Shown piece after piece: positions 31,001-41,224 of a stretch of DNA of 64,000 nt (positions are counted from its first letter, which is position 1; every line of letters starts with the position of its first letter). The notes below the pieces were generated by a model, which was given only the letters and a program-made list of their open reading frames with translations, had not been told where the DNA came from and made no database searches. The stretch lies in IMG/VR virus record IMGVR_UViG_3300020375_000072. One strand, written 5' to 3'. The translations under genes were made by a program, and so were the position numbers. Source of the DNA: an uncultured virus (IMG/VR IMGVR_UViG_3300020375_000072). Its lineage: Duplodnaviria > Heunggongvirae > Uroviricota > Caudoviricetes.

Positions 31001-32289
31001 ATGATAATGATATTCAATATGGACAAAGTGCGTTTCCTACTAAATTTAATAGAATTTACAAAGGTACAATTTCAAATGCATCAGCTTTAGCTGCGGGAGT
31101 AAATTGTTATAAACTTTCACATGATAATGGAGCATCAACGACAACCAGTGGTGTATTATCTTTTGTTGTAGATACGGATATGTCAAGCACACCATCATTA
31201 AATGCATATAATGTGGCAATGAATTCAAACGGCACAGTAAGATATATGTCAAAAATGGCTTATCTTAGAAATTCTGGAACTCCAAAATTAGCAATATCTA
31301 GTTTAAATATTACAAATTTGGCTGGAGAATGTTTTGCAGATACTACACCAATACAAGTCGTTGATAACGGGGGTTCTGCGGTTAATGGCACTAAATATAT
31401 GAGTTACAGTGATTTAAGTATTTCCACTCCATTAGCAAGAAATTCTAGTCCAACAGGATTAAGTGGAAATGTTACTATTACACCTACGGGAAAAGGTATT
31501 GACGGAACTATAAAATTGAGGGGGGTAAATTTGAACGGATCAGGAAGTTATGTGGCAGACTCCACAAACATTATGTATTGGAATGATGCTCCACAAATCG
31601 ATGAAGAAGATGTTTCAGATGTGTCGGGGGGATATAGTAGTAGAAATTCAATGATAAGGGTGGGTGGATTTTCAGTGGCTGACACTCCTTCATATACTGC
31701 GGCTGATTTTTATAGTACGGCGGCATGGGATTCACAAAATACAACATTAGTCGATTCAGATGCACCATTACTACCACATTCAACATCAGACCGCTTTGTT
31801 TGGGATGATACAAATTGGCAAACAAAACTACCAGGATTAACAAATAATAATGATAGATCTAGTGCACCGGCAACACAATATGTTACATTTGCGGTAAGTA
31901 AAACCAATGTTAATAGTCTTATTCTTACATTAACGGGAAAAATATCAGCCATGTATTGCGCTTTTCCTGGAGCAGGAGACGGGGTTAATTTAACAGATAC
32001 ATCTAGTGGTTTAAATGGTTGGCTTAATGTTGGAGCAAACTATGGGGGTGCGGGAATGCCAGGATCAGATACAGGAAATGGTGGTAATGGTTCAGATGGA
32101 ATTAGAAATCCAGCGAGTCCTGGAACAGCACCGGGAAGTTTTTCTGGTTCAACATTAAGTGGTGACACATTTAATATTTCATTAGGAACATGTAATACTG
32201 CTAATGGTTCAGCACACAACCATAATATTTTAATTAGAGTTGTTTTAGCAAGTGGACACTATTTGTCAGCAATATCATTTAGTACGTAA
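28018..32289 (+). CDS. large tail-fibre/virion protein with PKD-like domains
   Basis: 1423 aa, S/T/G/N-rich; FEGYDGSAWGSLGG, HATTKAYVD, YDWDFGDG and WNWDFD...YTTTGQYDIKL motifs. Confidence 0.8.
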   Translation: MPQVRVDSPSFSLTVEKKQPVVIRTGAQGLRFSSHGEDGSIQFANGSALGSHPSLVHDAANNITSIQILKSVDALLDTANITTANIGTLFATTMVVGSTEAAGATFEDLSITNGLTVGKNVTVTGNLTVEGTTTTVSSSTLDVADLNITVAKGAVDSAAADGAGLTVDGASATFLYAHDGTKWVVNKPFSAAEANLTVSNTVTSYTTSSLVLPVGNDASRVSTQGGIRYSTAQSTFEGYDGSAWGSLGGVIDVDQDTYIKAELSDDNDILDFYTKGIRQAYISNTGLVSVTTKMTVPEANVTVANVTTLYVTSGATVPTPTETGHATTKAYVDAVSASVVGNTIELGAVPDGSWHDGAFLANNVTYDTNYLPAEGIEDNDNVTATLDTLNEVMHNVYRGSYVRHAKFTGSGLSGPATLTPTFTIDSEVYNTYDATRYDWDFGDGNTLSNQSATTQQHSYTTNAGSPFTVTLTAKNHNAEVSGSKGSFSTFKWEDMVVVYTNAPIPAFTYAYTQRDSSSVGPTSALNATINVDESSSAGDSQPVTYDVTASQFTTHWMLSFSDGTTYPTSATTGQTGATLEANWEVYASTKDYDKTWSSITQDTNFTATLYCYSTTTDPTDPKRNSSGDPHNIRVFRDYTNIGTFTAVGYNSTLTGNNNEDVDNNAVASGASEDGMKVTLTPALSGGSINGSYSTQLQWSFEDAYNSQSTAGWNYTASNFTNVQVVYFARQSNTADNSGDVKTISAQISSNHTLSPFPVKIGGATTTDVTIQKDPRAIWSAVFVTSSADASGGSTTKGYNFTDWDGNVRNSVQFTDASENVNAWNWDFDLDNSGTSTSTTQSPLNSYTTTGQYDIKLISTGANSETHRYASGADDTEQKNNYIEMVALPSYNYTYLTGKSMSVASQGSYTAKLCSGFTDNSGSETHGLSADDTVNRRSSTTVAATKFSTQAREFVGDAGGYSGSILTALVNGSADGAKTFTTGNDNGTYTSLVVSDDNDIQYGQSAFPTKFNRIYKGTISNASALAAGVNCYKLSHDNGASTTTSGVLSFVVDTDMSSTPSLNAYNVAMNSNGTVRYMSKMAYLRNSGTPKLAISSLNITNLAGECFADTTPIQVVDNGGSAVNGTKYMSYSDLSISTPLARNSSPTGLSGNVTITPTGKGIDGTIKLRGVNLNGSGSYVADSTNIMYWNDAPQIDEEDVSDVSGGYSSRNSMIRVGGFSVADTPSYTAADFYSTAAWDSQNTTLVDSDAPLLPHSTSDRFVWDDTNWQTKLPGLTNNNDRSSAPATQYVTFAVSKTNVNSLILTLTGKISAMYCAFPGAGDGVNLTDTSSGLNGWLNVGANYGGAGMPGSDTGNGGNGSDGIRNPASPGTAPGSFSGSTLSGDTFNISLGTCNTANGSAHNHNILIRVVLASGHYLSAISFST

Positions 32290-32300
32290 GGTAAAAAAGA

Positions 32301-35300
32301 ATGGCAATTTCAAATGACGTAACAACCAATAGATTAAATAAGAAGATTAATTACGGTGTAGCCAGAACTGAAATGGATTCTGTAATAGGTCCTACAGGTG
32401 AAGCTATGGGTAGTCCAGTATTTAATCCATCGAATGATTTATGGATTAATTCTGATCAATTACCTGCGTCTTTTCTCGGCACATCCGTGAATACTTCAGA
32501 TATGTTGGTATATCAATATACGTCAAGTGCGTCAGGAGCGGGAACAGCAGATGGTGAAACTGTGGGTGTTTTAGAGCTTAAAGCGGCTTCTGGAACAGAC
32601 GTTACTTATGGTTCAGGAAATTATGCTACATATATTGCTTGTACAAATAGATCTAGCGCTGCGGCAACAAGACTTCAAGATTGGATTCCATTTGGATTTT
32701 TTGGGGCTACTTATCTTACAAGTTTTGCGGTAGCTACAGAAGGTTATCATTTAACAAACACAAATTTATCAGCTACTGCTGCATATTATTCACAAATTTA
32801 TCCTTCTTCTTCCGGTTATGAATTTTATTTTGATACGGATGCAGGACTTCTTGTATTTGCGGGGTCTAGTGGTCCGCCATCAAATTTGACTGCGGGTAGA
32901 TCTATTTATTTAATAAAGGGAGCAAGATATCAAGGGCCTAAAGGTGTTGCGAACATGCCAGTATCAAAATTGAGTGATATTCATACTGCAACTCCTTCAG
33001 ATAGTGATGTACTAATATGGGATAATGGAAATAGTCGTTGGGCTCCGGGTACAAGTTTAACCAAAGTTGATATCGGAGAAGCTAACGTCACAGTTGCTAA
33101 TATTGCTACTTTATATACTACAACATTACAAGTTGGAACTGGAACTACGACAATTACGACAGATGATGTTAAAACTGGGGTGATTAATTTAACTACAGCA
33201 AATATAGCAACTGCATATATTACGTCATCGGCAACGATTTTTAAAGAAGATGTTGAAGAGTCTAATGTAACTGTGGCGAATGTTAGTACGTTATATGTTA
33301 CTACTGCGGTTGGCGGTGAAGCTGTTCTCGATGAAGACAATATGGCTTCAGATAGTGCAACCAAACTTGCTACACAACAATCTATTAAAGCATATGTTGA
33401 TACACAGATATTGACTGAAGATACCATAGAAGAATTAAATGATACGACAATAACAAGTGCTACGGAAAATGATGTTTTAACATATAGAGGTGGAGCTTGG
33501 ATAAATTCTACGGAAGTGGATTTGGCAGAAGCGAATGTAACTGTAACAAATGTTTCGACGGCATATATTACTACAGAAGCGACTATAGCAACTGCTAAAG
33601 TTTCTGATTTAACTTCTGGAAGAGTGGTTCTCGCAGGTACTAGTGGTGAATTAGAAGATTCTGCATCATTAACTTTCGATGGAACAGTCTTAACGTCTCC
33701 ACGATTAGCTTTTGCTGAAGCAAATATAACTGTAGCAAATATAGCAACTGCATATATTACGTCATCAGCAACGATTTTTAAAGAGGATGTTGAAGAAGCG
33801 AACATTACTGTAGCGAATATTGCTACTTTATATACTACAACATTACAAGTTGGGTCTGGAACTACGACAGTCACGACAGATGATGTTAAAACCACAACAA
33901 TTAATTTAACTACTCTTAACACTGCTACAGCATTTATAACTACAGCTGTTGAAACTCAATGTGCAAAAGTTTTTGATTTAACTGATGGCAGAGTTACATA
34001 TGCTTCTGCTATGGGAGAACTTGTTGATAGTTCTAATTTAACTTTTGATGGAACAGTTTTAACTTCAACTGAAGTGACCACACCTGAAGCTAATGTGACG
34101 GTAGCAAATATAGCAACTGCATATATTACTACAGAAGCGACCATAGCGACCGCTAAAGTTTCCGATTTGACAGATGGTAGAGTGGTTCTCGCAGGTACTA
34201 GTGGTGAATTAGAAGATTCTGGAGCATTAACATTTGACGGAACTGTTTTAACTTCAACAGAAATAACTACACCTGAAGCTAATGTGACAGTAGCGAATGT
34301 AACAACATTATATGTACCATCAACTGCAACAATTGGAGATTTAACAGTTGACAATGGCGTAGTAATTGGTCAAAATTTAACGGTTTCAGGAAATGTAACT
34401 ATTCAGGGTGGAGCAACCACAATAGAATCTACAACATTAACGGTTGATGATAAAAATATTGAATTAGGAACGGTTGATACACCAACAGATGTAACTGCTG
34501 ATGGTGGAGGTATTACACTTAAAGGAACTTCAGACAAAACAATTTTATGGACAGATTCGACTGATTCTTGGGATGTTAATCAAGATTTAAATATTGATAA
34601 AACTACAGCCGATAGTGCATTAAAAATAGATGGCACTTTTATTGCAAATACTTCAGTCGTTTCTCCAAGTACAAAATTAACCGCACATGAAGCTAATGTA
34701 ACTTCAGTAAATACTTCTTCTCTTTATGTAACTACTGATGCGACTGTAGCAACTGCTAAAATTTCAGATTTAACAAGTGGAAGAGTAGTCCTTGCAGGTA
34801 CTTCTGGAGAGATTGAGGATAGTGGAAATTTAACTTTCGATGGAACAGTCTTAACGTCTCCACGATTAGCTTTTGAAGAAGCAAATGTAACAGTAGCGAA
34901 TGTGGCGACATTATATGTACCAACAATCGCGACAATTTTTAAAACTGACATTGAAGAGGCGAATATAACTGTAGCAAATATTACTACTTTATATACCACA
35001 ACATTACAAGTTGGAACTGGAACTACAACGGTTACGTCGGATGATGTTAAAACAGGAGTAGTTAATGTAACAACTTCTAATATTAGTACTGCATATATCA
35101 CTACGGAAGCGACCATAGCGACCGCTAAAGTTTCTGATTTAACTTCTGGAAGAGTGGTTCTTGCCGGAACTGGTGGTGAATTAGAAGACCATACAAATTT
35201 AACTTTTGATGGAACAGTTTTAACTTCTACAGAAGTAACCACTCCTGAAGCTAATGTGACGGTAGCAAATATAGCAACTGCATATATTACTACGGACGCA

Positions 35301-36728
35301 ACTATAGCAACTGCTAAAATTTCAGATTTAACTTCTGGAAGAGTGGTTCTCGCAGGTACTAGTGGAGAGATTGAAGATAGTACAAATTTAACCTTTGATG
35401 GTACTGTCCTAACTTCAACAGAATTAACTACACCTGAAGCGAATATAACTGTAGCAAATGTTTCAACTCTATATGTGACAACTTCTGTGGGTGGTGAGGC
35501 AATTCTTGATGATGATTCTTTTGCCACAGCTTCTGCCACAACTCTTGCGACTTCAGAATCAATTAAGGCATATGTCGATGCAGAAATCTTAACAGAAGAT
35601 ACAATTGCGGAATTAAATGATACAACAATTTCACCTGGACTTGCTGAAAATGATGTTTTAACATATAGAGGTGGAGCTTGGATAAATTCTAATGAAGTAG
35701 ACCTCGCTGAAGCGAATATAACTGTAGCAAATGTTTCAACTCTATATTCAACCAGTAGTGCGGTAATGAATAAAGTTGATATTGTAGAAGCAAATGTAAC
35801 AGTAGCGAATGTGGCAACACTATATTCAACCAGTAGTGCGGTAATGAATGATGTTGATATAACTAAAGTTGATATTGGAGAAGCTAATGTTACAGTATCC
35901 AATACAGTAACTACTTGGATTACTGATTATCTTTGTGTAGAAGCAGGAGGATATGGAGCATATATTAATAGTAAACTTCATACTCCTGAAGCAAATATAA
36001 CAGTAGCGAATGTTTCTACAGCATATGTTACAAATAAAGCAACAGTACAAAATTTAGATGTAGATGTTAGACTTGCTGGTAGTCCAGCCCCCGGCGGGAT
36101 GGGATGTGTTCCTGAAGCGAATATAGCGGTTGCTAATATTGCGACGTTACATATTACAACTGATTCAACTATAGCGACTGCGAAGATTTCAGATTTAACT
36201 GACGGTAGAGTTGTTTTAGCGGGAACTAGTGGTGAATTGGAAGATAGTACAAATCTAACTTTCGATGGAACTGTTCTCACTTCAACTGAAGTAACTACAC
36301 CAGAAGCAAACATTACTGTAGCAAATGTAGCAACATTATATGTAACTAGTCAAATTGATAAACTTGACATTGCGGAAGTTGACATTGCGGAAGCTAATGT
36401 TACTGTAGGAAATGTGGCAACATTATATGTTCCAGGAGATGGGGGACCAACTAATCTGGCCCTCAACGTTGGGGATGGAGCAATCACAATAAATACAGAT
36501 GACTTCACGACATCATTAAGTGCGAACGCTACTTTACAGGGAACAACTCAAATAACTCAATTAAATAGTAGTACCGTAACTGAAAGTGGTATTACGGTCG
36601 CTCAATATGGTGGTGCATTGGGTACACCCACAAACAAAGTATGGGCAAATTCATCCGGATTACACTATCAAACAAAACAACTTGCAGGAACTGATGACGC
36701 AACAGCTTTGGCAATAGCATTAGGATAA
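32301..36728 (+). CDS. large repetitive fibre protein
   Basis: 1475 aa; about 19 EAN[VI]TVAN units, about 7 DLT.GRV.LAGTSGE.ED...LTFDGTVLTS modules, SIKAYVD twice, C-terminal ATALAIALG. Confidence 0.85.
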   Translation: MAISNDVTTNRLNKKINYGVARTEMDSVIGPTGEAMGSPVFNPSNDLWINSDQLPASFLGTSVNTSDMLVYQYTSSASGAGTADGETVGVLELKAASGTDVTYGSGNYATYIACTNRSSAAATRLQDWIPFGFFGATYLTSFAVATEGYHLTNTNLSATAAYYSQIYPSSSGYEFYFDTDAGLLVFAGSSGPPSNLTAGRSIYLIKGARYQGPKGVANMPVSKLSDIHTATPSDSDVLIWDNGNSRWAPGTSLTKVDIGEANVTVANIATLYTTTLQVGTGTTTITTDDVKTGVINLTTANIATAYITSSATIFKEDVEESNVTVANVSTLYVTTAVGGEAVLDEDNMASDSATKLATQQSIKAYVDTQILTEDTIEELNDTTITSATENDVLTYRGGAWINSTEVDLAEANVTVTNVSTAYITTEATIATAKVSDLTSGRVVLAGTSGELEDSASLTFDGTVLTSPRLAFAEANITVANIATAYITSSATIFKEDVEEANITVANIATLYTTTLQVGSGTTTVTTDDVKTTTINLTTLNTATAFITTAVETQCAKVFDLTDGRVTYASAMGELVDSSNLTFDGTVLTSTEVTTPEANVTVANIATAYITTEATIATAKVSDLTDGRVVLAGTSGELEDSGALTFDGTVLTSTEITTPEANVTVANVTTLYVPSTATIGDLTVDNGVVIGQNLTVSGNVTIQGGATTIESTTLTVDDKNIELGTVDTPTDVTADGGGITLKGTSDKTILWTDSTDSWDVNQDLNIDKTTADSALKIDGTFIANTSVVSPSTKLTAHEANVTSVNTSSLYVTTDATVATAKISDLTSGRVVLAGTSGEIEDSGNLTFDGTVLTSPRLAFEEANVTVANVATLYVPTIATIFKTDIEEANITVANITTLYTTTLQVGTGTTTVTSDDVKTGVVNVTTSNISTAYITTEATIATAKVSDLTSGRVVLAGTGGELEDHTNLTFDGTVLTSTEVTTPEANVTVANIATAYITTDATIATAKISDLTSGRVVLAGTSGEIEDSTNLTFDGTVLTSTELTTPEANITVANVSTLYVTTSVGGEAILDDDSFATASATTLATSESIKAYVDAEILTEDTIAELNDTTISPGLAENDVLTYRGGAWINSNEVDLAEANITVANVSTLYSTSSAVMNKVDIVEANVTVANVATLYSTSSAVMNDVDITKVDIGEANVTVSNTVTTWITDYLCVEAGGYGAYINSKLHTPEANITVANVSTAYVTNKATVQNLDVDVRLAGSPAPGGMGCVPEANIAVANIATLHITTDSTIATAKISDLTDGRVVLAGTSGELEDSTNLTFDGTVLTSTEVTTPEANITVANVATLYVTSQIDKLDIAEVDIAEANVTVGNVATLYVPGDGGPTNLALNVGDGAITINTDDFTTSLSANATLQGTTQITQLNSSTVTESGITVAQYGGALGTPTNKVWANSSGLHYQTKQLAGTDDATALAIALG
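33060..36430 (+). repeat. dispersed intragenic direct repeats encoding fibre modules
   Basis: Near-identical DNA blocks at about 33580, 34140, 34740, 35110, 35300 and 36170 (e.g. gatttaacttctggaagagtggttct). Confidence 0.85.
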
Positions 36729-36731
36729 AAT

Positions 36732-37106
36732 ATGGCAAACACATTTAAAGTTAAAACTGTACAGAATGTACCAAATACATCAGCATTTGTATATCAATGT
36801 CCAGATGACACTACTGCGGTGGTATTAGGAATGTTGGTTTCAAATACAAATGCTACAGCGGATTTGACCTGCACAGCGAATATGATAACAAATACAGCAG
36901 AAACAAAGGACGTTAGTGGTGGAGGTGTTACTGAAACTAATTATGATACTTGTCTTTTACCAGCAGTACCAATTCCTAGAGCAACGTCTTTAGAACTTTT
37001 TTCTGGACAAAAGATAGTATTACAAGCAACAGATGGAATAAAAATAAAATCTAGTATAACAGGATTATCTATGGATGTAACATTAACATTAATGGAAATG
37101 ACGTAA
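36732..37106 (+). CDS. conserved small virion protein
   Basis: MANTFK start with KIVLQATD motif, a family that typically follows genes ending ALAIALG. Confidence 0.75.
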   Translation: MANTFKVKTVQNVPNTSAFVYQCPDDTTAVVLGMLVSNTNATADLTCTANMITNTAETKDVSGGGVTETNYDTCLLPAVPIPRATSLELFSGQKIVLQATDGIKIKSSITGLSMDVTLTLMEMT

Positions 37107-37107
37107 A

Positions 37108-37917
37108 ATGAATTATTTTGGACCACATCATTCATCAGGGCAAAATCAATTAAGATTTGCTGCACCTATCGCTAATACTGATCACGGTATTACAGTAGGA
37201 CATTGTGATCATGATGGTACGGGAACTGGTCATATTATGACAGCAAATACGACTGGAGTATTTTTAGCAAATGCTCATATTATAGGAGATTTGACGGTAA
37301 CGGGAACAACAGTGTCTGGTGGAACTTCAGAAGAAACTGTTCTTGTAATTGAAGCTGCTTCAGCTCCAACCCCGACTACAAATTCATTATATAATTTATC
37401 ACCAGGGCCTCCTAGTGGTGGATTACACTTTCACGGAGTTAAATTATTAACTGGAACACTTACTGATAATAGAATTCCTGTTGTAGATGGTAATGGACTT
37501 TTGGAAGATACTTCAAATTGGACTTACACTGCGGGTTCTCCTAATGAAGTGTATCTTAATGGAGATATGAGTGTAACGGGTGATGTTATTACAGAATCTA
37601 ATTCTTCTGATGGTAGATTAAAAGATGTTCATTGCACTATTGATAATGGATTAGAGAGATTAAAACATATAAATCCAGTAGAATTCAAATGGAATAAAAA
37701 AGCACAAGATGAATTTGGGGCGGATGATGAAATGCATACCGGTTTAATAGCACAAGAAGTGGAAAAGGTTTTACCAGATATTGTAAAAAAGTCTTCTTGG
37801 AGCCGTGATTATAAGGCGATTAAATATGAGAGAATGGTTCCATTATTATTATCTGCTATTAAACAATTACAGAAAAAGGTTGATTCTTTAGAGGCTCAAT
37901 TAATGATTGGAAAATAA
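37108..37917 (+). CDS. tail-fibre protein with peptidase S74 intramolecular chaperone
   Basis: SDGRLKD, FKWN, GLIAQEVEKVLP, YERMVPLLLSAIKQL and a terminal coiled coil. Confidence 0.9.
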   Translation: MNYFGPHHSSGQNQLRFAAPIANTDHGITVGHCDHDGTGTGHIMTANTTGVFLANAHIIGDLTVTGTTVSGGTSEETVLVIEAASAPTPTTNSLYNLSPGPPSGGLHFHGVKLLTGTLTDNRIPVVDGNGLLEDTSNWTYTAGSPNEVYLNGDMSVTGDVITESNSSDGRLKDVHCTIDNGLERLKHINPVEFKWNKKAQDEFGADDEMHTGLIAQEVEKVLPDIVKKSSWSRDYKAIKYERMVPLLLSAIKQLQKKVDSLEAQLMIGK

Positions 37918-37920
37918 TAT

Positions 37921-39174
37921 ATGAAACAACAATTAAAATTTAGTCCAACATTAAGTGATATGGCTTTTCCTATGATTGAAGTGGACGCCGATACTGTAAC
38001 CGTAAAAATGTTTATAGACGTTTTTAAAGGTGAGGATGGACCTATAGATCCTGCGGCAACTCCACCGATTAATCATTTTTATGCTAATAATTGTTCTGAA
38101 CATTATGTTATGCAAAGACATAATGTAAGAATAAATGAGGGGGATACTTATGATATTTTTAATGGAGATATTTGGTCAGATGATTTAAATAAACAAGGGA
38201 GATGGTTTAAATTTGTTGGTGGAGCACAAATTAAAAGAAATGCGGACAAGACAGGAATAAAACTTCTTACTACAGTTTTTGATAGAAATGAGGAAAGTCC
38301 GGATGAAGGATTTGAAATAGGACCCAATATGCCTGAATGGCAAGATTGTTCAATGTGGGCATTTGATTATAGTTTCGCTGGTCAAAATTTTTATACTCCA
38401 TACAATTTATTTTTGGAAACAAAAGCAAGTCATTCTACAGGTTATAGATATGAAGCCAGAAGAAATTTTGTTTATAAACCAGTAATAACTGTAATGCAAG
38501 AAGGAAAAACATATTATTCTACGTCTGAACATCAAAAAAGAATGGTGGGAATGTTTTTATTTGATAAAGATGATGCCTTTACTAATGCGTCATTCTATGT
38601 TAAAACATGGGGAAAACCATTATATCAAAAAACAGAAACAGGATGGACAGCCTCTGAACTAGAACAAGCAGAAGATGCATTTAATACATTTTATAAACCA
38701 GAAGGAACCTTTTCTAAGTATTATAGACAAGACCATACATTATTGAATTATCAAACCTTACCGACACCTACTATATATGTGAATATTCCAGAAACAATTA
38801 ATAGAGATGATATTGTTAAAGGTAATGTTTCATTATTAGACTTGGATGATGTGTTACTAATGGAGGATGGAGATATTTTAATTACAGAGGGAATGGATGA
38901 ATCTTCAATAAGTTTACTTAGACAGGTGGATGAGTCACTTCAAGTTGATGGTGAACCAGAATCAAGCAAAATATTAAACAAAGATGTTTCAGTATATGTA
39001 AAATCCAATATGGGATATTTGGGAAAAAATAAAATTGAGTTAATTAACGGTAAGGGATCATTTTATTTCAGGGCATTAGATTTAGAAGTGGATGATGAAG
39101 TTAAATTAAAGATAGGATTTAAAACTTTTAGTAATGTAACTGAACAAAATATAAAAGTTATTTTGGGAGCATAA
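37921..39174 (+). CDS. hypothetical protein with beta-rich (Ig-like?) C-terminus
   Basis: 417-aa ORF in the structural operon; LLMEDGDILITE motif; C-terminal GYLGKNKIELINGKGSFYFRALDL. Confidence 0.7.
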   Translation: MKQQLKFSPTLSDMAFPMIEVDADTVTVKMFIDVFKGEDGPIDPAATPPINHFYANNCSEHYVMQRHNVRINEGDTYDIFNGDIWSDDLNKQGRWFKFVGGAQIKRNADKTGIKLLTTVFDRNEESPDEGFEIGPNMPEWQDCSMWAFDYSFAGQNFYTPYNLFLETKASHSTGYRYEARRNFVYKPVITVMQEGKTYYSTSEHQKRMVGMFLFDKDDAFTNASFYVKTWGKPLYQKTETGWTASELEQAEDAFNTFYKPEGTFSKYYRQDHTLLNYQTLPTPTIYVNIPETINRDDIVKGNVSLLDLDDVLLMEDGDILITEGMDESSISLLRQVDESLQVDGEPESSKILNKDVSVYVKSNMGYLGKNKIELINGKGSFYFRALDLEVDDEVKLKIGFKTFSNVTEQNIKVILGA

Positions 39175-39915
39175 ATGGCATTTTTTATAGGAGATAATTG
39201 TTGGGTTGATCACCCACTAACTACTTTAATGATTAATTTTAAAGAAGTGATTCATGATAATTTTGAAACGTTTTCTGATGAGACCTGGAAATGTAAACCA
39301 AAAGTTATTGCACATTTAAAAGTATATGGAAATCCAGTAGGAGGATTTTTAGGGGAACAACAGATGTGTGGCCGAGGTAGCGGTTATAATTTCAATTATC
39401 AATGTACTAAATATGTTGATGCAACAAACAAAGCTGGATTTTATTGGGATGGTCTTTCTAGTGGGTTTGAATGGTGTTGGAGTGAGCAACGTGATTGTGC
39501 TGCGGCGTGTTCAGGATGTATATGTCATTTTTGGAATTCAATGACCAGTACTGGTAATAACGGGGCATTCTTCTTTGAACCAATCTGTAATCATCAAACT
39601 CAAAATGTTGGAGGATCTGGTTCAATACGTGGAGATTATCAAGGTAGTCAATTGTATGATAAGTATAACGGTGCTTGGATGGTGGGTATATGTTTACATT
39701 CTGATTATAGATTAAAAGATAATATTACATTGTTACAAGAAGAAAAAGCTGGAATTCCCAATATCTACTCTTTCAATTATAAATGGGATACAAAAACCAC
39801 TTGGACCGGAGTTATAGCACAAGAATTACTTGATACTGGTTATTCTGATGCTGTAGGTGTAGATTCAGAAGGATTTTATTATGTAAATTATTCCAGATTA
39901 GGAGCAAAACAATAA
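39175..39915 (+). CDS. Cys-rich fibre-like protein with a short S74 chaperone domain
   Basis: 11 Cys before SDYRLKDNI...FNYKW...GVIAQEL...VNYSRL. Confidence 0.8.
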   Translation: MAFFIGDNCWVDHPLTTLMINFKEVIHDNFETFSDETWKCKPKVIAHLKVYGNPVGGFLGEQQMCGRGSGYNFNYQCTKYVDATNKAGFYWDGLSSGFEWCWSEQRDCAAACSGCICHFWNSMTSTGNNGAFFFEPICNHQTQNVGGSGSIRGDYQGSQLYDKYNGAWMVGICLHSDYRLKDNITLLQEEKAGIPNIYSFNYKWDTKTTWTGVIAQELLDTGYSDAVGVDSEGFYYVNYSRLGAKQ

Positions 39916-41214
39916 ATGGCATTTTATGTAGGTAGTAAAAAAGTTATTTCTAAACAAATGTTTATGGATGCATCCGGTAATACGAATAATGACGGTTCGA
40001 ATGTTACCGCCTGTGTATATCCTGGAGAAACATTTGGAGGATGTGGTGGAATAATGGCTACTAATCCTGGTGGTTGTTCCGGTTCAGTAGTCTTAGAACA
40101 TTCAGGTGGATGTGATCTGCCGGCAGGAGGAGGCATTGATAAATATCCATTTTTTTGTGATTTTGTTGGGAAAAAAGGTCCAACGCAAGATCCTGGGTAT
40201 ACTGGTAATCAAAATTGGGGCACGGGTAATCTCGACTGTCAATCACATTGGCACTTTTGCGATCAGTGTATGCCACCCAGGCAGTGTCAGGCTGATGGAA
40301 GTAGATGTTTATCTCATGTTATTTTTGGTTTTGGTCAATCAGAATATAGATCAGGAATGTTGGGAATTAATGGCCATTGGGGAGAAGGTGGAGCAGGATT
40401 AAATGCAACTCATAGTGCTGGAAGTTTAAGAACAAGTATGGTGTACACGGAGGGAGCACATAATGGAACAAATTATTGTTATCCTCATGGTGATGAATTT
40501 ATTTGGGATATGGAACGCTGTTGTGAAAGAGCATTCATAGGTGTAACTGGTTGGAGCGGGAGCACGGTATGTACTCAGCGGACAAATCAAGTTGCACATA
40601 ACTTATTTGAGGGCAACAACACGTTGGGGTATGGGAGAAATTGGCATACTGCTAGTTTAGATGGAACTGTTGGTGATGGTGGATATCTAGAAGTAAATCA
40701 TCAGCCGGGGAACAACGCGGGGGGCTGTGGTATTCGTTTCCACTGCACTTGCTTCTCAGATTGGTTTTGTACTGATGGAACTGGTAAAAATAAATTATGG
40801 GGATGTACAAACTGGGCTGCAGGGCCTGGTAGATTTGATGGAGATGGACAGGTGAGTACGGGGGAATATCCAGCCGGCTGTTGGATTTTTCCTCATTATT
40901 TCACTTGGTCTGGTGAACCAATTTGTAAAAGAGGATTTATGATAGGTATGGGCTGGGAAGCAGATTTTGCAAGTTGTGATCCTGGGTCAGATAGAAGAGG
41001 TAAGGTATTAAATTCGATAATGTTAAGGTGTGAAAATAATATGGGATTCATGGATGGCTGCGCGATAGATTATTGGTCAGGAGAATATTGTTGTTCCGGA
41101 GGATGTAATGGTACGATTAATGGTCACGCTAGACACGCAGGAGGATATGGAGAAGGTTCAGCTTTGTCATTTGTGACAGCGAAACAGGGTATTACTTGTG
41201 TGTGTTTTAGTTAA
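39916..41214 (+). CDS. Cys/Gly-rich protein
   Basis: 432 aa, about 29 Cys, ends ITCVCFS. Confidence 0.8.
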   Translation: MAFYVGSKKVISKQMFMDASGNTNNDGSNVTACVYPGETFGGCGGIMATNPGGCSGSVVLEHSGGCDLPAGGGIDKYPFFCDFVGKKGPTQDPGYTGNQNWGTGNLDCQSHWHFCDQCMPPRQCQADGSRCLSHVIFGFGQSEYRSGMLGINGHWGEGGAGLNATHSAGSLRTSMVYTEGAHNGTNYCYPHGDEFIWDMERCCERAFIGVTGWSGSTVCTQRTNQVAHNLFEGNNTLGYGRNWHTASLDGTVGDGGYLEVNHQPGNNAGGCGIRFHCTCFSDWFCTDGTGKNKLWGCTNWAAGPGRFDGDGQVSTGEYPAGCWIFPHYFTWSGEPICKRGFMIGMGWEADFASCDPGSDRRGKVLNSIMLRCENNMGFMDGCAIDYWSGEYCCSGGCNGTINGHARHAGGYGEGSALSFVTAKQGITCVCFS

Positions 41215-41224
41215 AGGATAAATT

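Noticed and set aside
32981..36313. Long minus-strand ORFs (313, 132, 392 and 111 aa)
   Set aside because: They are antisense shadows of the Thr/Ala/Val-rich repetitive fibre gene, with no independent motifs.
33060..36430. Possible CRISPR array or DGR template/variable repeats
   Set aside because: The repeats are in-frame protein modules without regular spacers. I see no adenine-specific mismatch pattern, and no reverse transcriptase or cas gene in the window.
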